Shown here piece by piece: positions 41,267-50,837 of a DNA stretch of 64,000 nt (position 1 is the stretch's first letter; every line of letters starts with the position of its first letter). The notes under the pieces are model-generated. The model saw nothing but the letters and a program-made list of their open reading frames with translations, had not been told where the DNA came from and ran no database searches. The stretch spans positions 2,304,001 through 2,368,000 of the forward strand of contig OY782041.1 of the NCBI GenBank assembly GCA_963677595.1, read 5' to 3'. A program made the position numbers and the translations under genes. The DNA is from Spirochaetia bacterium. GTDB lineage: Bacteria > Spirochaetota > Spirochaetia > CAKZLE01.

Positions 41267-42717
41267 AGTTCGGTGTAGTGCTCCGTACCCTGGGGCTGAT
41301 CAGTATCATCATCTCAGCCACGATGCTCTGGCCGATGGGGTGGAGCATCTACTTCTCCGGTCCTGACATCCCGGCCTTCCTGATCAGCATCGCCATTGGT
41401 GTGCTCGGCGGTCTTCTCCTGATGTTCTTCACGAGGAAGTGCAACTACCAGGATATGGGCATCAGGGAGGCCTTTGCCGTGGTGACCCTCTCCTGGGTTG
41501 TGGCATCGGCTGTCGGTGGCCTCCCGTTCTATATCGGGAAGCTGGCCCCGACCTATACCGATGCCTTCTTCGAGGCGATGTCAGGCTTCACCACCACGGG
41601 GGCGACGATCCTGAGCGAGATCGAGTCCCTTCCCAAGGGGCTCCTCTTCTGGCGAAGCCTCACCCACTGGCTCGGCGGCATGGGGATCATCGTGCTCGGC
41701 CTGGCCATCCTGCCCTTCATCGGGGTAGGGGGGATGCAGCTCTACAAGGCAGAGGTCCCCGGGCCGACCCCGGAGAAGCTCACCCCCAGGATCCAGCAGA
41801 CAGCCATGCTGCTGTGGGGTGCCTATGTGGCTCTTTCGGTCGCCGAGGTCATCGCCCTGCTGCTCTGCGGCATGAACTTCTACGATTCACTCACCCATAC
41901 CTTCGGGACGGTAGCGACCGGGGGGTTCTCCCCGAGGAATGCGAGCATCGCAGCCTACGGCAGTCCCCTGATCGAATGGGTCATCACCGTCTTCATGTTC
42001 CTTGCCGGGACCAACTTCGTCCTCCACTACATGGCACTCAAGGGAAAGCTCTCCGCCTTCTGGAAGGATGAGGAGTTCCGCTTCTACACCCGGTTCACGG
42101 TGATCACGATCGCTGTCGTTTCCCTGGTCAACCTTGGCCTCCATAGCGGGGATCCGGTATCAAAGGTCATCCGGGATGCGAGCTTCCAGGTCGTGAGTAT
42201 CATGACCACCACCGGGTACACGACCGTCGATTACGCGATCTGGCCGGTGGCGGCGAAGTTCATCCTGCTGCTGCTCATGTTCTTCGGGGGCTGTTCCGGG
42301 TCTACCGGCGGGTCGATCAAGCAGATGCGTATCCAGATCATGTTCAAGCGGATCAAGAAGGAGATCAACCAACTGCTCCACCCGCAGCAGATCATGAAGA
42401 TCCGCTTCAACAACCAGGTGCTGCAGCCCTATGAGGTGAGTTCGGTCACCTCCTTCGTCCTGCTCTATGTGATGCTGTTCGTCATCTTCTCGCTGGTCAT
42501 GATCATCGTCAGCGGGCTCGACCTGGTATCTGGTGCGGCGAGTGTCGCAGCGACGCTCGGGAATATCGGCCCGGGCCTCGGGGCGGTCGGCCCGGTCATG
42601 AACTACGGGTTCATCAACATCGCCGGGAAGTGGATCCTCTCGTTCTGCATGCTCTTGGGAAGGCTTGAGATCTTCTCAGTCATCATGCTCTTCGTACCGG
42701 GGATCTGGAGGAAATAG
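41263..42717 (+). CDS. trkH: Trk potassium uptake membrane subunit
   Basis: FEAMSGFTTTG, WLGGMG, ATGGFS, GSTGGSIK, LGNIGPG, GRLE. Confidence 0.95.
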   Translation: MKFGVVLRTLGLISIIISATMLWPMGWSIYFSGPDIPAFLISIAIGVLGGLLLMFFTRKCNYQDMGIREAFAVVTLSWVVASAVGGLPFYIGKLAPTYTDAFFEAMSGFTTTGATILSEIESLPKGLLFWRSLTHWLGGMGIIVLGLAILPFIGVGGMQLYKAEVPGPTPEKLTPRIQQTAMLLWGAYVALSVAEVIALLLCGMNFYDSLTHTFGTVATGGFSPRNASIAAYGSPLIEWVITVFMFLAGTNFVLHYMALKGKLSAFWKDEEFRFYTRFTVITIAVVSLVNLGLHSGDPVSKVIRDASFQVVSIMTTTGYTTVDYAIWPVAAKFILLLLMFFGGCSGSTGGSIKQMRIQIMFKRIKKEINQLLHPQQIMKIRFNNQVLQPYEVSSVTSFVLLYVMLFVIFSLVMIIVSGLDLVSGAASVAATLGNIGPGLGAVGPVMNYGFINIAGKWILSFCMLLGRLEIFSVIMLFVPGIWRK

Positions 42718-42765
42718 CTGGAGGGAAGGGTTCCCTTCCCCCAGCCAATGACGTTACCCTGATCC

Positions 42766-43380
42766 CTACTGCCCGGGACTCCCGTTCCTGTTGGCAGCCC
42801 CCCTGTAGCTGACGGTCTCACTGCGCAGGCAGTCCATCATATCCCTGACCCCCTCAGGGGAGGCGTTGAACTCATGAAGTGCTTCCCCTGTCAATCCTAT
42901 CTGTGTCCCTACCTCATCCACCTCGATGTTCGCACCGTAGAAGAGGAAGTCCCAGCCATGGGACTTCTCCTGCTCGGAGATCAGGTAGCGGACCACCTTG
43001 ACAGTGAACTCCCGGCTGGCATTCTCATAGCCGTCGGTGATGATGAGGAAGATCACGTGGGGTGCAGGGTCAGCCCCTTCTGTGTCGAGCCGTGCCCTCG
43101 TCTCGAGGATCGTTTTACCCACCGCATCGTAGAGGGCGGTCGCCCCCCGGACGAAGTACTCCCCGTCCTTGAGCAGTGCCTTAGCGCAGGGTATGTGGTC
43201 ATGCAGCTTCTCGTATCGGTCGTCGAAGAGGACGGTCGTCACCAGGCACTCTCCCGGAAGGGAGGCATGTGCCTGTACCAGGCTGTTGTACCCTCCGACC
43301 GTGTCAGTCTCCAACCCACTCATCGAGCCGCTCCTGTCGAGCAGGCAGATGATCTCTGTTCTCGTATGTTCTTGTTCCAT
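42766..43380 (-). CDS. Stand-alone vWA-domain protein
   Basis: MIDAS motif LLDRSGSM, TALYDA, IITDGYENAS. Confidence 0.92.
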   Translation of the reverse strand: MEQEHTRTEIICLLDRSGSMSGLETDTVGGYNSLVQAHASLPGECLVTTVLFDDRYEKLHDHIPCAKALLKDGEYFVRGATALYDAVGKTILETRARLDTEGADPAPHVIFLIITDGYENASREFTVKVVRYLISEQEKSHGWDFLFYGANIEVDEVGTQIGLTGEALHEFNASPEGVRDMMDCLRSETVSYRGAANRNGSPGQ

Positions 43381-43440
43381 GCTTGTCGCTCCTTGAGGTT
43401 TTTTCGTATGTTCATGGTATGATAGAGAGGAATACTGCTG

Positions 43441-43457
43441 GTCGCCGGTGAAGCGAC
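43441..43457. promoter_or_regulatory. Palindromic site between the divergent vWA and HTH genes
   Basis: gtcgc-cggtgaa-gcgac. Confidence 0.45.
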
Positions 43458-43489
43458 ATCATCACCAATCATGAGGAGAGGGGAACGGT

Positions 43490-43984
43490 ATGGTCACAGA
43501 AGAACTCATCAGGGAGATCCGCTTCTATGTGGGGACCTTCACCGAAGAAGCTGAGGAGCTGCATTTCGCGGTCGTCGAGGAGCTTGCTGCCCCGGTATAT
43601 GCCCGTGAGGCAAGACTCGAGGAGTACCTCGACGAACAGCGGGAGGTTCCCTTCTCCGAACTGCTCTTCAGCCACATCAGGAGGAAAGGCATAGAGGAGA
43701 CCGAGGTCTACAAGCAGGCAGGGATCGATCGGAGACATTTCGCCAAGATACGGGCAGACCGCCTGGGGAAGAGCTACCATCCCGGGAAGAACACCGTAAC
43801 AGCCCTCTGCCTTGCCCTCGGACTGACAGCGGAAGAGTCGGAAGACCTGCTGCAGTCAGCAGGCTACTCCCTCTCGATGAGCTCCACGGCTGACCTGGTC
43901 ATCAGGTACTGCATCGAGCATGGGATCCATGACCTGATGGAGGTCAACGAGATCCTCGACAGGATGGGCGAGGCAGTGCTCTAA
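43490..43984 (+). CDS. XRE-like HTH protein
   Basis: FSELLF..I..KG..E.EVYK.AGIDRRHFAKIR...YHPGKNTV.AL.LAL.L...LL..AGY.LS pattern. Confidence 0.8.
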   Translation: MVTEELIREIRFYVGTFTEEAEELHFAVVEELAAPVYAREARLEEYLDEQREVPFSELLFSHIRRKGIEETEVYKQAGIDRRHFAKIRADRLGKSYHPGKNTVTALCLALGLTAEESEDLLQSAGYSLSMSSTADLVIRYCIEHGIHDLMEVNEILDRMGEAVL

Positions 43985-44202
43985 GAACTAATTACAGAAC
44001 CTCATTCCCCGCATATTGCTATGTGAATTCATATCGAGTACTTCATGAGCATCAACGATGAGAGCTATATCAAGAATCGGCTGCGGTTCTCCATAGCACC
44101 CGCAGCTGCGGAGTGACATGGCCGGACCCATGGTTGTTTGATCTCGCTGTATGACAGATGCTGCATACTTGCACAGTCCCGGTATTGGTGGTAGCTTAGG
44201 GT

Positions 44203-45666
44203 ATGTCCTTTGATCTCTATGACCTGACGAACAAGAAGAAGAACCACCCCTCCTGGCGCCTGATGACAGCCGACAACGGTCCGCTGATCATCAGCTTCCT
44301 CGACCTGGTGTTCCGTGAGGAGAACCAGCGCCAGGTAGACGAGCACGAGATGGTCCTCAAGCTCGAAGACTATCTCTACCAGGTCAGGGACGGCAGGGAG
44401 GATGATCCCTATCCGCGTTCAGCTGCTGACTACCTGGAGGAGTGGACTGCCCCGGGCAGGGACTGGTTGCGCAAGTACTATCCTGCCGGAAGCGACATCC
44501 CCCATTACGAGCTGACTCCCGGCACGGAGAAGGTGCTGCAGTGGGTGGACAGTCTCACCGTCACCCGGTTCATCGGTACCGAGAGCAGGCTCCAGACCTG
44601 TTTCGATCTCCTTCGGCAGATCGTCCGGGGTGTGGAAGAGAACAGCGAGGTGAGGATCCGGGAGCTCGAGGAGCAGAAGAGCCGGATCGACCGGGAGATC
44701 TCCCGGATCCAGGCCGGCGACATCCCCATGATGGACCAGCGGCAGATCAGGGAGCGGTTCCTGCAGTTCAAGCAGATAGCCCATGAGCTGAGAAGCGACT
44801 TCACAGCTGTGGAGGGGAACTTCCGGGAACTCGACCGCGAGATCCGGGAGGAGATCGCAACCTGGGAGGGGGAGAAGGGAGGACTGCTCGAGCAGTTCTT
44901 CGGGGACCATGACCGGATCACCCACTCGGACGAGGGGCAGAGCTTCCGTGCGTTCTGGGACTTCATCATGTCCCCCGACAGCCAGGAGGAGCTCTCTCTC
45001 CAGCTCGACCGGGTCTTCGACCTCGAGGAGCTTGGCAGCCTGCGGGACGATCCCCGACTGAGAAGGATCCACTTCGACTGGATCGATGCCGGGGAGAAGA
45101 CCCAGCGCACCGTCGCGCGCCTCTCCGGACAGCTGCGACGATACCTCGATAACCGGGCGTTCCTCGAGAACCGGCGGATCACGGAACTCCTTGACCGCAT
45201 CGAGAAGCAGGCCGTCGCCCTGAAGGACCGACCCCCGACAGGGACCTGGATGTCCCTGGAGCATCCCCGGGCACAGGTGCGGCTGCCCATGGAACAGCCG
45301 ATGTTCTCGCCCCCCGTACGGCAGGAGCTCATCTCGCGGATCGAAGTCGCTGACGAAGAGGAGATCGATACGGAGAAGCTCTTCAACCTCGTCTACATCG
45401 ACCGGGAGCGCCTGCAGGGGAACATAGAGAAAGCTCTGAGAAGCCAGCAGCAGATCAGGCTCGATGAGCTGATCGGGTGGTTCCCCCTGGAGCAGGGGCT
45501 CTCGGAGCTGATCACCTACATCCACATGGCGGAGGAGGATCCGCTGGCTGCCGTCTCCGATGAGGTCTCTGACCAGGTCGTGTGGGACGGCGAGGAGGGG
45601 AGGAGGCGGTCTGCCCGGTTCCCGAGGATCATCTACACACGGAGGAGCGCACATGGACGTACATGA
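44203..45666 (+). CDS. jetA: Wadjet JetA (DUF3375)
   Basis: HPSWRLM.ADNGPLI.SFL, FIGTESRL, SDEGQSFRAFWDF; first gene of a four-gene SMC operon. Confidence 0.9.
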   Translation: MSFDLYDLTNKKKNHPSWRLMTADNGPLIISFLDLVFREENQRQVDEHEMVLKLEDYLYQVRDGREDDPYPRSAADYLEEWTAPGRDWLRKYYPAGSDIPHYELTPGTEKVLQWVDSLTVTRFIGTESRLQTCFDLLRQIVRGVEENSEVRIRELEEQKSRIDREISRIQAGDIPMMDQRQIRERFLQFKQIAHELRSDFTAVEGNFRELDREIREEIATWEGEKGGLLEQFFGDHDRITHSDEGQSFRAFWDFIMSPDSQEELSLQLDRVFDLEELGSLRDDPRLRRIHFDWIDAGEKTQRTVARLSGQLRRYLDNRAFLENRRITELLDRIEKQAVALKDRPPTGTWMSLEHPRAQVRLPMEQPMFSPPVRQELISRIEVADEEEIDTEKLFNLVYIDRERLQGNIEKALRSQQQIRLDELIGWFPLEQGLSELITYIHMAEEDPLAAVSDEVSDQVVWDGEEGRRRSARFPRIIYTRRSAHGRT

Positions 45667-46258
45667 TGCAGAGAATATATCGCCGGTGGTTATCCACCTG
45701 CTCAAGGGTATCCTCTACAAGGAGGACAATGCCCGGCTGTGGGAGTCTATGGAGCATCTGGAGGGACCGATACGGGACTACCTGGCCGTGCTCAACCTCG
45801 ACCTGGAGGTCTTCGACAGTGACGGGTTCGCCTACCTGCGGAGCCGGGAGACGACCGAGGAGACCGAGACCCTTCCACGCCTGATGACGCGCAGGGCCCT
45901 CTCCTACCCGGTGAGCCTGGTCCTGGCCCTGCTCAGGAGGAAGATGACCGAGCATGATGCCTTCTCGAGCGAGGCCCGCCTGATCCTCGAGGTCGGCGAT
46001 ATCAGGGAGATGGTATCTGCCTTCTTCCCTGCGACGAGCAATGAGGTCAAGTCCCTCAGGCGGCTCGATGCCCACCTGCAGAAGATCCATGACCTCGGCT
46101 TCATCCGCTTCCTCGATGCGAAGAAGGAGAAGCTCGAGGTGAAGCGGATCCTCAAAGCCTATGTGGATGCCCAGTGGCTCAGTGACTTCGATGCCAGGCT
46201 TGCCGGGTACCTGGAACACGGGACGGAACCTGCTGATGAGGGGAATGATGATGAATGA
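45653..46258 (+). CDS. jetB: Wadjet JetB (DUF4194)
   Basis: LLKGILY, GFAYLR, LPRLM.RR.LSYPVSL.LALLRRK; RBS ggagga before ATG 45653. Confidence 0.9.
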   Translation: MDVHDAENISPVVIHLLKGILYKEDNARLWESMEHLEGPIRDYLAVLNLDLEVFDSDGFAYLRSRETTEETETLPRLMTRRALSYPVSLVLALLRRKMTEHDAFSSEARLILEVGDIREMVSAFFPATSNEVKSLRRLDAHLQKIHDLGFIRFLDAKKEKLEVKRILKAYVDAQWLSDFDARLAGYLEHGTEPADEGNDDE

Positions 46259-49200
46259 TGGTTTCTTCGAGTTCGGGGAGGACGATACCACTGCCGGCTT
46301 CCGGCTCTCCCGCGTGGAAGTCTATAACTGGGGGACCTTCCATAACCGGGTCGTGACCCTCTCGCTGAACGGGCGCAACGGCCTGCTCACCGGCGATATC
46401 GGGTCGGGGAAGTCGACCCTCGTCGATGCGGTCACCACGCTGCTCGTACCTTCCCAGAAGGTGGCCTACAACAAGGCAGCCGGTGCGGACTTCAAGGAGC
46501 GGTCCCTCCGCTCCTATGTCATGGGCTATTACAAGTCGGAACGGAGCGACGGCGGGTTCTCGACCAAGCCGGTCCCGCTCAGGGAGGCGGGCACCACCCA
46601 TTCGGTGATCCTCGGGGTCTTCCGCAACGAGGTGCTCTCCCAGCAGGTCTCCCTCGCGCAGGTCTTCCACCAGAAGGAGAGTACGGGGCAGCCAGCCCGG
46701 TTCTTCGTGGTAGCCGAATCAGAGCTCTCCATCGCGGCTGACTTCTCCGATTTCGGGAACGACCTTGCCCCCTTGAAGAAGCGGCTCAAGGCACAGGACC
46801 ATATCGAGGTATTCAACAGCTTCCCCGAATACGGATCTGCCTTCAGGCGCCGGTTCGGCCTGCGCAACGAACAGGCGCTCGAACTCTTCCACCAGACCGT
46901 CTCGCTGAAGACCGTGGGGAACCTGACCTCCTTCGTCCAGGACCATATGCTCGAGCCCTTCGACTCCGTCTCCCCGATCGAACACCTCCTCAGGCACTTC
47001 GAGGACCTCAACCGGGCCCACGAAGCCATCCTCAAGGCGAGACACCAGATCGAGACCCTGACCCCGCTGGCAGGGAACCTCGACCGGTATCATGGGACCG
47101 AGCGCGAGGTGGAGACCAAGGTCACCATCCGTGATGACCTGAAGTTCTTCTTTGCCGACATGGAACACCGGTTCCTCCAGGAGCGCATCGACCGGGAGGA
47201 GCAGAAGCTCGGCGACCTGAGGCGGTCGATCGGGAACCTCGCACAGCGGATCGTGGAGTACCGGAGTGAACGGGACTCCACCGCCGCGGCCATCTCGGCA
47301 AACGGCGGGACCCGTCTCGACGACCTGAAGAACCGTACCGGCCGCATCGAGCGGGAGAAGCAGGAGAAGCTGCGCCGTGCTGGGGCCTATGACAGCCTGG
47401 CAGGGGGATTGGACCTGCCGAAGCTCCAGGGGGTCGAGGAGTTCTCACAGACCAGGCACCTGGTCCGAGACCGGATCGACGAGCTCTCCGAGAAGCGGAA
47501 CGGGATCGAGCGGGACCTCTCGGAACTGGAGTATGACTTCAGGAACCTGAAGCATGAACATGATGCCCTGGAAGAGGAACTCCGGTCCCTCAGGAGCCGC
47601 AGGAGCAATATCGACAGCAGGCAGGTAGAGATCAGGCGGAGACTCTGCGGGGACCTCGGCTTATCCGAGGATACGTTACCCTTCGTCGGCGAGCTCATCG
47701 CGGTGAAGCCGGAAGAACAGGCCTGGGAAGGGGCGATCGAACGGGTGATGCGTTCCTTCTCCCTCTCGCTGCTGGTTCCCGATGACCTCTATGCCAAGGT
47801 CACGAAGTGGGTCGACTCGACCCACCTGAAGGGCAGGCTCGTCTATTTCAGGATGTCCGATCGGGAGAAGCGCCATTCTGAGCCCATCCATGCCGGGTCC
47901 ATCATGACGAAGATCCTCTTCAGGGAGGAGAACCCCTGTACCGCTTGGGTGGAGCAGCAGGGAAGGGTCCGTTTCGGGGACTTCATCTGCTGTGATGACC
48001 TCGAGCAGTTCCGCCGGGTCAGCCGTGGGCTCACCCGCTCCGGGCAGGTGAAGGGAAGTTCCATCCACCATGAGAAGGATGACCGGTTCTCCATCGATGA
48101 CCGCAGGCGGTATGTCCTTGGCTGGACCAATACGGCGAAGATCGCCGAACTGGAGAGGCTCCGGGAGGGGAAGCGGCGTTCCTTGCAGGAGTTCGGTAAC
48201 GAGATAGCCCGGAACCAGGAGAAGCGGGCCTCCCTCGAGGACCAGCTCGACAGGCTGAAGAAGCTGCAGACCTATGAGTACTTCGAGGAACTCGACTGGA
48301 AACCCCTTGCCGCCCAGCTCGAGGAGATCAAGGAGGAGATCCGCCAGCTCGAGAGCCGTTCGGACATCTTGAAGACCCTGCAGGCTAAACTGGCGAAGAT
48401 AGATACGCAGATCCTTGAGGATGAAAGACGGCAGGGAGAGCTGCACAAGCAGGAAGGCGGGATAGAGAACAAGATCGAGGAGCTCGGGCAGAAGGTCGCC
48501 GTGGTCGATGAGCTGCTCGTGACCTGCGAGAGACCGATGGAGGAGCTTACCTCCAGGATCGAACCCCTGCTGGGCGATTACCTCGGCGGTAAGAGACTCT
48601 ACCTGGAGACCTGTCCCACCGCGGAGCGGGAGTTCCGGGAGAAGCTCCAGGCAGAGATCGATACTGCCCGGAAGCGGCTCGACCGGCTCCGGGACTCTAT
48701 CATCACCGCCATGGGGGACTTCAACCGTGACTACCCGGCCGAGACGAGGGAGATGGACGCCTCGATCGAGTCAGGCGGGGAGTACCGAAGACTGCTCGAT
48801 GATCTCGTGAAGGACAACCTCCCCAAGTTCGAGGAGAAGTTCAAGGTCCTCCTCAACGAGAACACGATCAGGGAGATCGCGGGCTTCCAGGCCCTGCTGA
48901 ACAAGGAGTGCCAGCAGATCAGGGAACGGGTAGACCAGATCAACCGATCCCTCCATGAGATCGACTACAATAAGGACCGCTATATACGGCTGGAGGCCAT
49001 GAACACCAACGATGTGGAGATACGCACCTTCCGGCAGGACATGAAGTCCTGTGTCGAGGGGGCCCTCGGCGGGGAGACCGACCAGCAGTACAGCGAGGCG
49101 AAGTTCCTCCAGGTGAAGGAGCTGATCAACCGGTTCAAGGGCCGGGAAGGCTTCGCTGACATCGACCGGAAGTGGAAGGACAAGGTCACCGACGTACGGA

Positions 49201-49622
49201 ACTGGTTCGCCTTCGCCGCATCGGAGCGGTGGCGGGAGGACGATGAGGAGTACGAGCACTATACCGACTCCGGCGGGAAGTCGGGAGGCCAGAAGGAGAA
49301 ACTCGCCTATACCGTGCTTGCCGCTTCTCTTGCCTACCAGTTCGGCCTCGAATGGGGAGAGGTGCGGTCCCGCTCCTTCCGCTTCGTCGTCATCGATGAG
49401 GCCTTCGGCCGGGGCTCCGATGAGTCAGCCAAGTATGGGCTCGACCTCTTCAGGAGGCTGAACCTGCAGCTGCTCATCGTCACCCCCCTGCAGAAGATCC
49501 ATATCATAGAGCCCTATGTCTCCTCGGTCGGCTTCGTCCACAACCCCGAGGGGAAGAACTCGCTGCTGCGGTCCCTGACCATCGAGCAGTATCAGGTCGA
49601 GAAGGAGAGGTTCGGCAAATGA
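46251..49622 (+). CDS. jetC: Wadjet JetC SMC-like ATPase
   Basis: YNWGTF, Walker A GDIGSGKST, long coiled coil, KSGGQKEKLAY, VVIDEAF. Start could be 46245 or 46248. Confidence 0.93.
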   Translation: MNDGFFEFGEDDTTAGFRLSRVEVYNWGTFHNRVVTLSLNGRNGLLTGDIGSGKSTLVDAVTTLLVPSQKVAYNKAAGADFKERSLRSYVMGYYKSERSDGGFSTKPVPLREAGTTHSVILGVFRNEVLSQQVSLAQVFHQKESTGQPARFFVVAESELSIAADFSDFGNDLAPLKKRLKAQDHIEVFNSFPEYGSAFRRRFGLRNEQALELFHQTVSLKTVGNLTSFVQDHMLEPFDSVSPIEHLLRHFEDLNRAHEAILKARHQIETLTPLAGNLDRYHGTEREVETKVTIRDDLKFFFADMEHRFLQERIDREEQKLGDLRRSIGNLAQRIVEYRSERDSTAAAISANGGTRLDDLKNRTGRIEREKQEKLRRAGAYDSLAGGLDLPKLQGVEEFSQTRHLVRDRIDELSEKRNGIERDLSELEYDFRNLKHEHDALEEELRSLRSRRSNIDSRQVEIRRRLCGDLGLSEDTLPFVGELIAVKPEEQAWEGAIERVMRSFSLSLLVPDDLYAKVTKWVDSTHLKGRLVYFRMSDREKRHSEPIHAGSIMTKILFREENPCTAWVEQQGRVRFGDFICCDDLEQFRRVSRGLTRSGQVKGSSIHHEKDDRFSIDDRRRYVLGWTNTAKIAELERLREGKRRSLQEFGNEIARNQEKRASLEDQLDRLKKLQTYEYFEELDWKPLAAQLEEIKEEIRQLESRSDILKTLQAKLAKIDTQILEDERRQGELHKQEGGIENKIEELGQKVAVVDELLVTCERPMEELTSRIEPLLGDYLGGKRLYLETCPTAEREFREKLQAEIDTARKRLDRLRDSIITAMGDFNRDYPAETREMDASIESGGEYRRLLDDLVKDNLPKFEEKFKVLLNENTIREIAGFQALLNKECQQIRERVDQINRSLHEIDYNKDRYIRLEAMNTNDVEIRTFRQDMKSCVEGALGGETDQQYSEAKFLQVKELINRFKGREGFADIDRKWKDKVTDVRNWFAFAASERWREDDEEYEHYTDSGGKSGGQKEKLAYTVLAASLAYQFGLEWGEVRSRSFRFVVIDEAFGRGSDESAKYGLDLFRRLNLQLLIVTPLQKIHIIEPYVSSVGFVHNPEGKNSLLRSLTIEQYQVEKERFGK

Positions 49623-50782
49623 TCACCCCAGCCGAGCTGCGAAAGAAACTGCTCTCCCGCTGGGAGCGGGGGTACTTCTTCCGCGAGTACCGCAGTTGCT
49701 TCCCCTATGAGGTGACGATACCGAACGTCTCCGCGAAGAAGATGACCGATGAGTTCGATGCCGTAAGGAAGTGGGTGGCAGCATACCAGGCGGATGGGCG
49801 TTTTAACCAGTTCCTGCAGTGGCGGGAGGTCAACCACCGCCTCTTCGGGAAGAACAGGATCCCAAGATCCCTCCTCTTCGAGACACCGGAAGCCCTGGCA
49901 GGCTTCCTCGGCCGTACGGCGGATTGGAACCGGTACCGGGACTATTCAGCGACCCTGTACCGGCAGGATGAGCGACTCGGGGAGTGGGGAGATAGGCATC
50001 CGAGTCCCCTCCTGCGGATAGGAGAGGACCTCGAGCGGCTGCTCAGGCTCTGGAGGTGGATGGTCGACCACCCAAGAGCGGGGATCTACCTCCGCCAGAT
50101 CGACCTGCCCGCTATCGACACGAAGTTCACCGAACAGCATAAGGGCATCCTCTCCGAGTGGTTGGAACGTACCCTGCCGGAGGAGATCCCTGACCGAAGC
50201 ACCACCCGCTTCGAGGACCGGTACGGATACCGAAGCAAACCGGAACTGATCCGGTTCCGCTTCCTCGATGAGACTCTCAGTTGGAGGGGCTGCGATGACA
50301 TCTCAGTCCCCTCAGACCAGTTCTGCTCCCTCTTCAGGGAAGGGGAGATCCCCGTCTCGCATGTGTTCGTCATCGAGAACGACATCTGCGCCCTCAGCTT
50401 CCCGAAGGTGGGGCGGGGGATGGTGGTCTTCGGGAGGGGCTACCATTTCGACCACTGGAAGGAGTGTACCTGGCTGGGTAAGGTCAGCCTCCACTACTGG
50501 GGCGATATCGACACGCACGGGTTCGCCATCCTCGACCAGTTCCGCTCGTTCTTCCCCCATGCCTCCTCCTTCCTCATGGACCGGGAAACGCTCCTGGCCC
50601 ATGAGTCTTCTTGGGGCGAGGAGCCGAAACCAGCCACTGCAGCGCTTGGTCACCTTACCGAAGTGGAGGCTTCCCTCTATGAGGAGCTCCGTTCAGGGAG
50701 TATTCGCCCCCGCCTGCGGCTGGAACAGGAGTTCATCAGCTACGGCAGGGTCGAGGAGGTCGTGAGGTCCATATCTTCCTGA
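49619..50782 (+). CDS. jetD: Wadjet JetD TOPRIM nuclease (DUF3322/DUF2220)
   Basis: YLRQIDLP.IDTKF, VIEN, YWGDIDTHGFAIL, RLEQE. Confidence 0.92.
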   Translation: MITPAELRKKLLSRWERGYFFREYRSCFPYEVTIPNVSAKKMTDEFDAVRKWVAAYQADGRFNQFLQWREVNHRLFGKNRIPRSLLFETPEALAGFLGRTADWNRYRDYSATLYRQDERLGEWGDRHPSPLLRIGEDLERLLRLWRWMVDHPRAGIYLRQIDLPAIDTKFTEQHKGILSEWLERTLPEEIPDRSTTRFEDRYGYRSKPELIRFRFLDETLSWRGCDDISVPSDQFCSLFREGEIPVSHVFVIENDICALSFPKVGRGMVVFGRGYHFDHWKECTWLGKVSLHYWGDIDTHGFAILDQFRSFFPHASSFLMDRETLLAHESSWGEEPKPATAALGHLTEVEASLYEELRSGSIRPRLRLEQEFISYGRVEEVVRSISS

Positions 50783-50837
50783 AAAGTTATGTAATAATGA
50801 ACTTGAACTTCAGAATTACATAGATTATACTGTTTTT

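Noticed and set aside
44045-44116. Short ORF MSINDESYIKNRLRFSIAPAAAE upstream of jetA
   Set aside because: 23 codons, no RBS and no convincing homology; possibly a gene relic but unsupported.
2730-49461. Numerous long alternate-frame and antisense ORFs (e.g. 2730-3668, 8049-8966, 44419-45705, the 5' extension of 17091-18068)
   Set aside because: Shadow ORFs expected from high GC3 coding sequence; each overlaps a well-supported gene and has a low-complexity S/R/P composition or no motifs.
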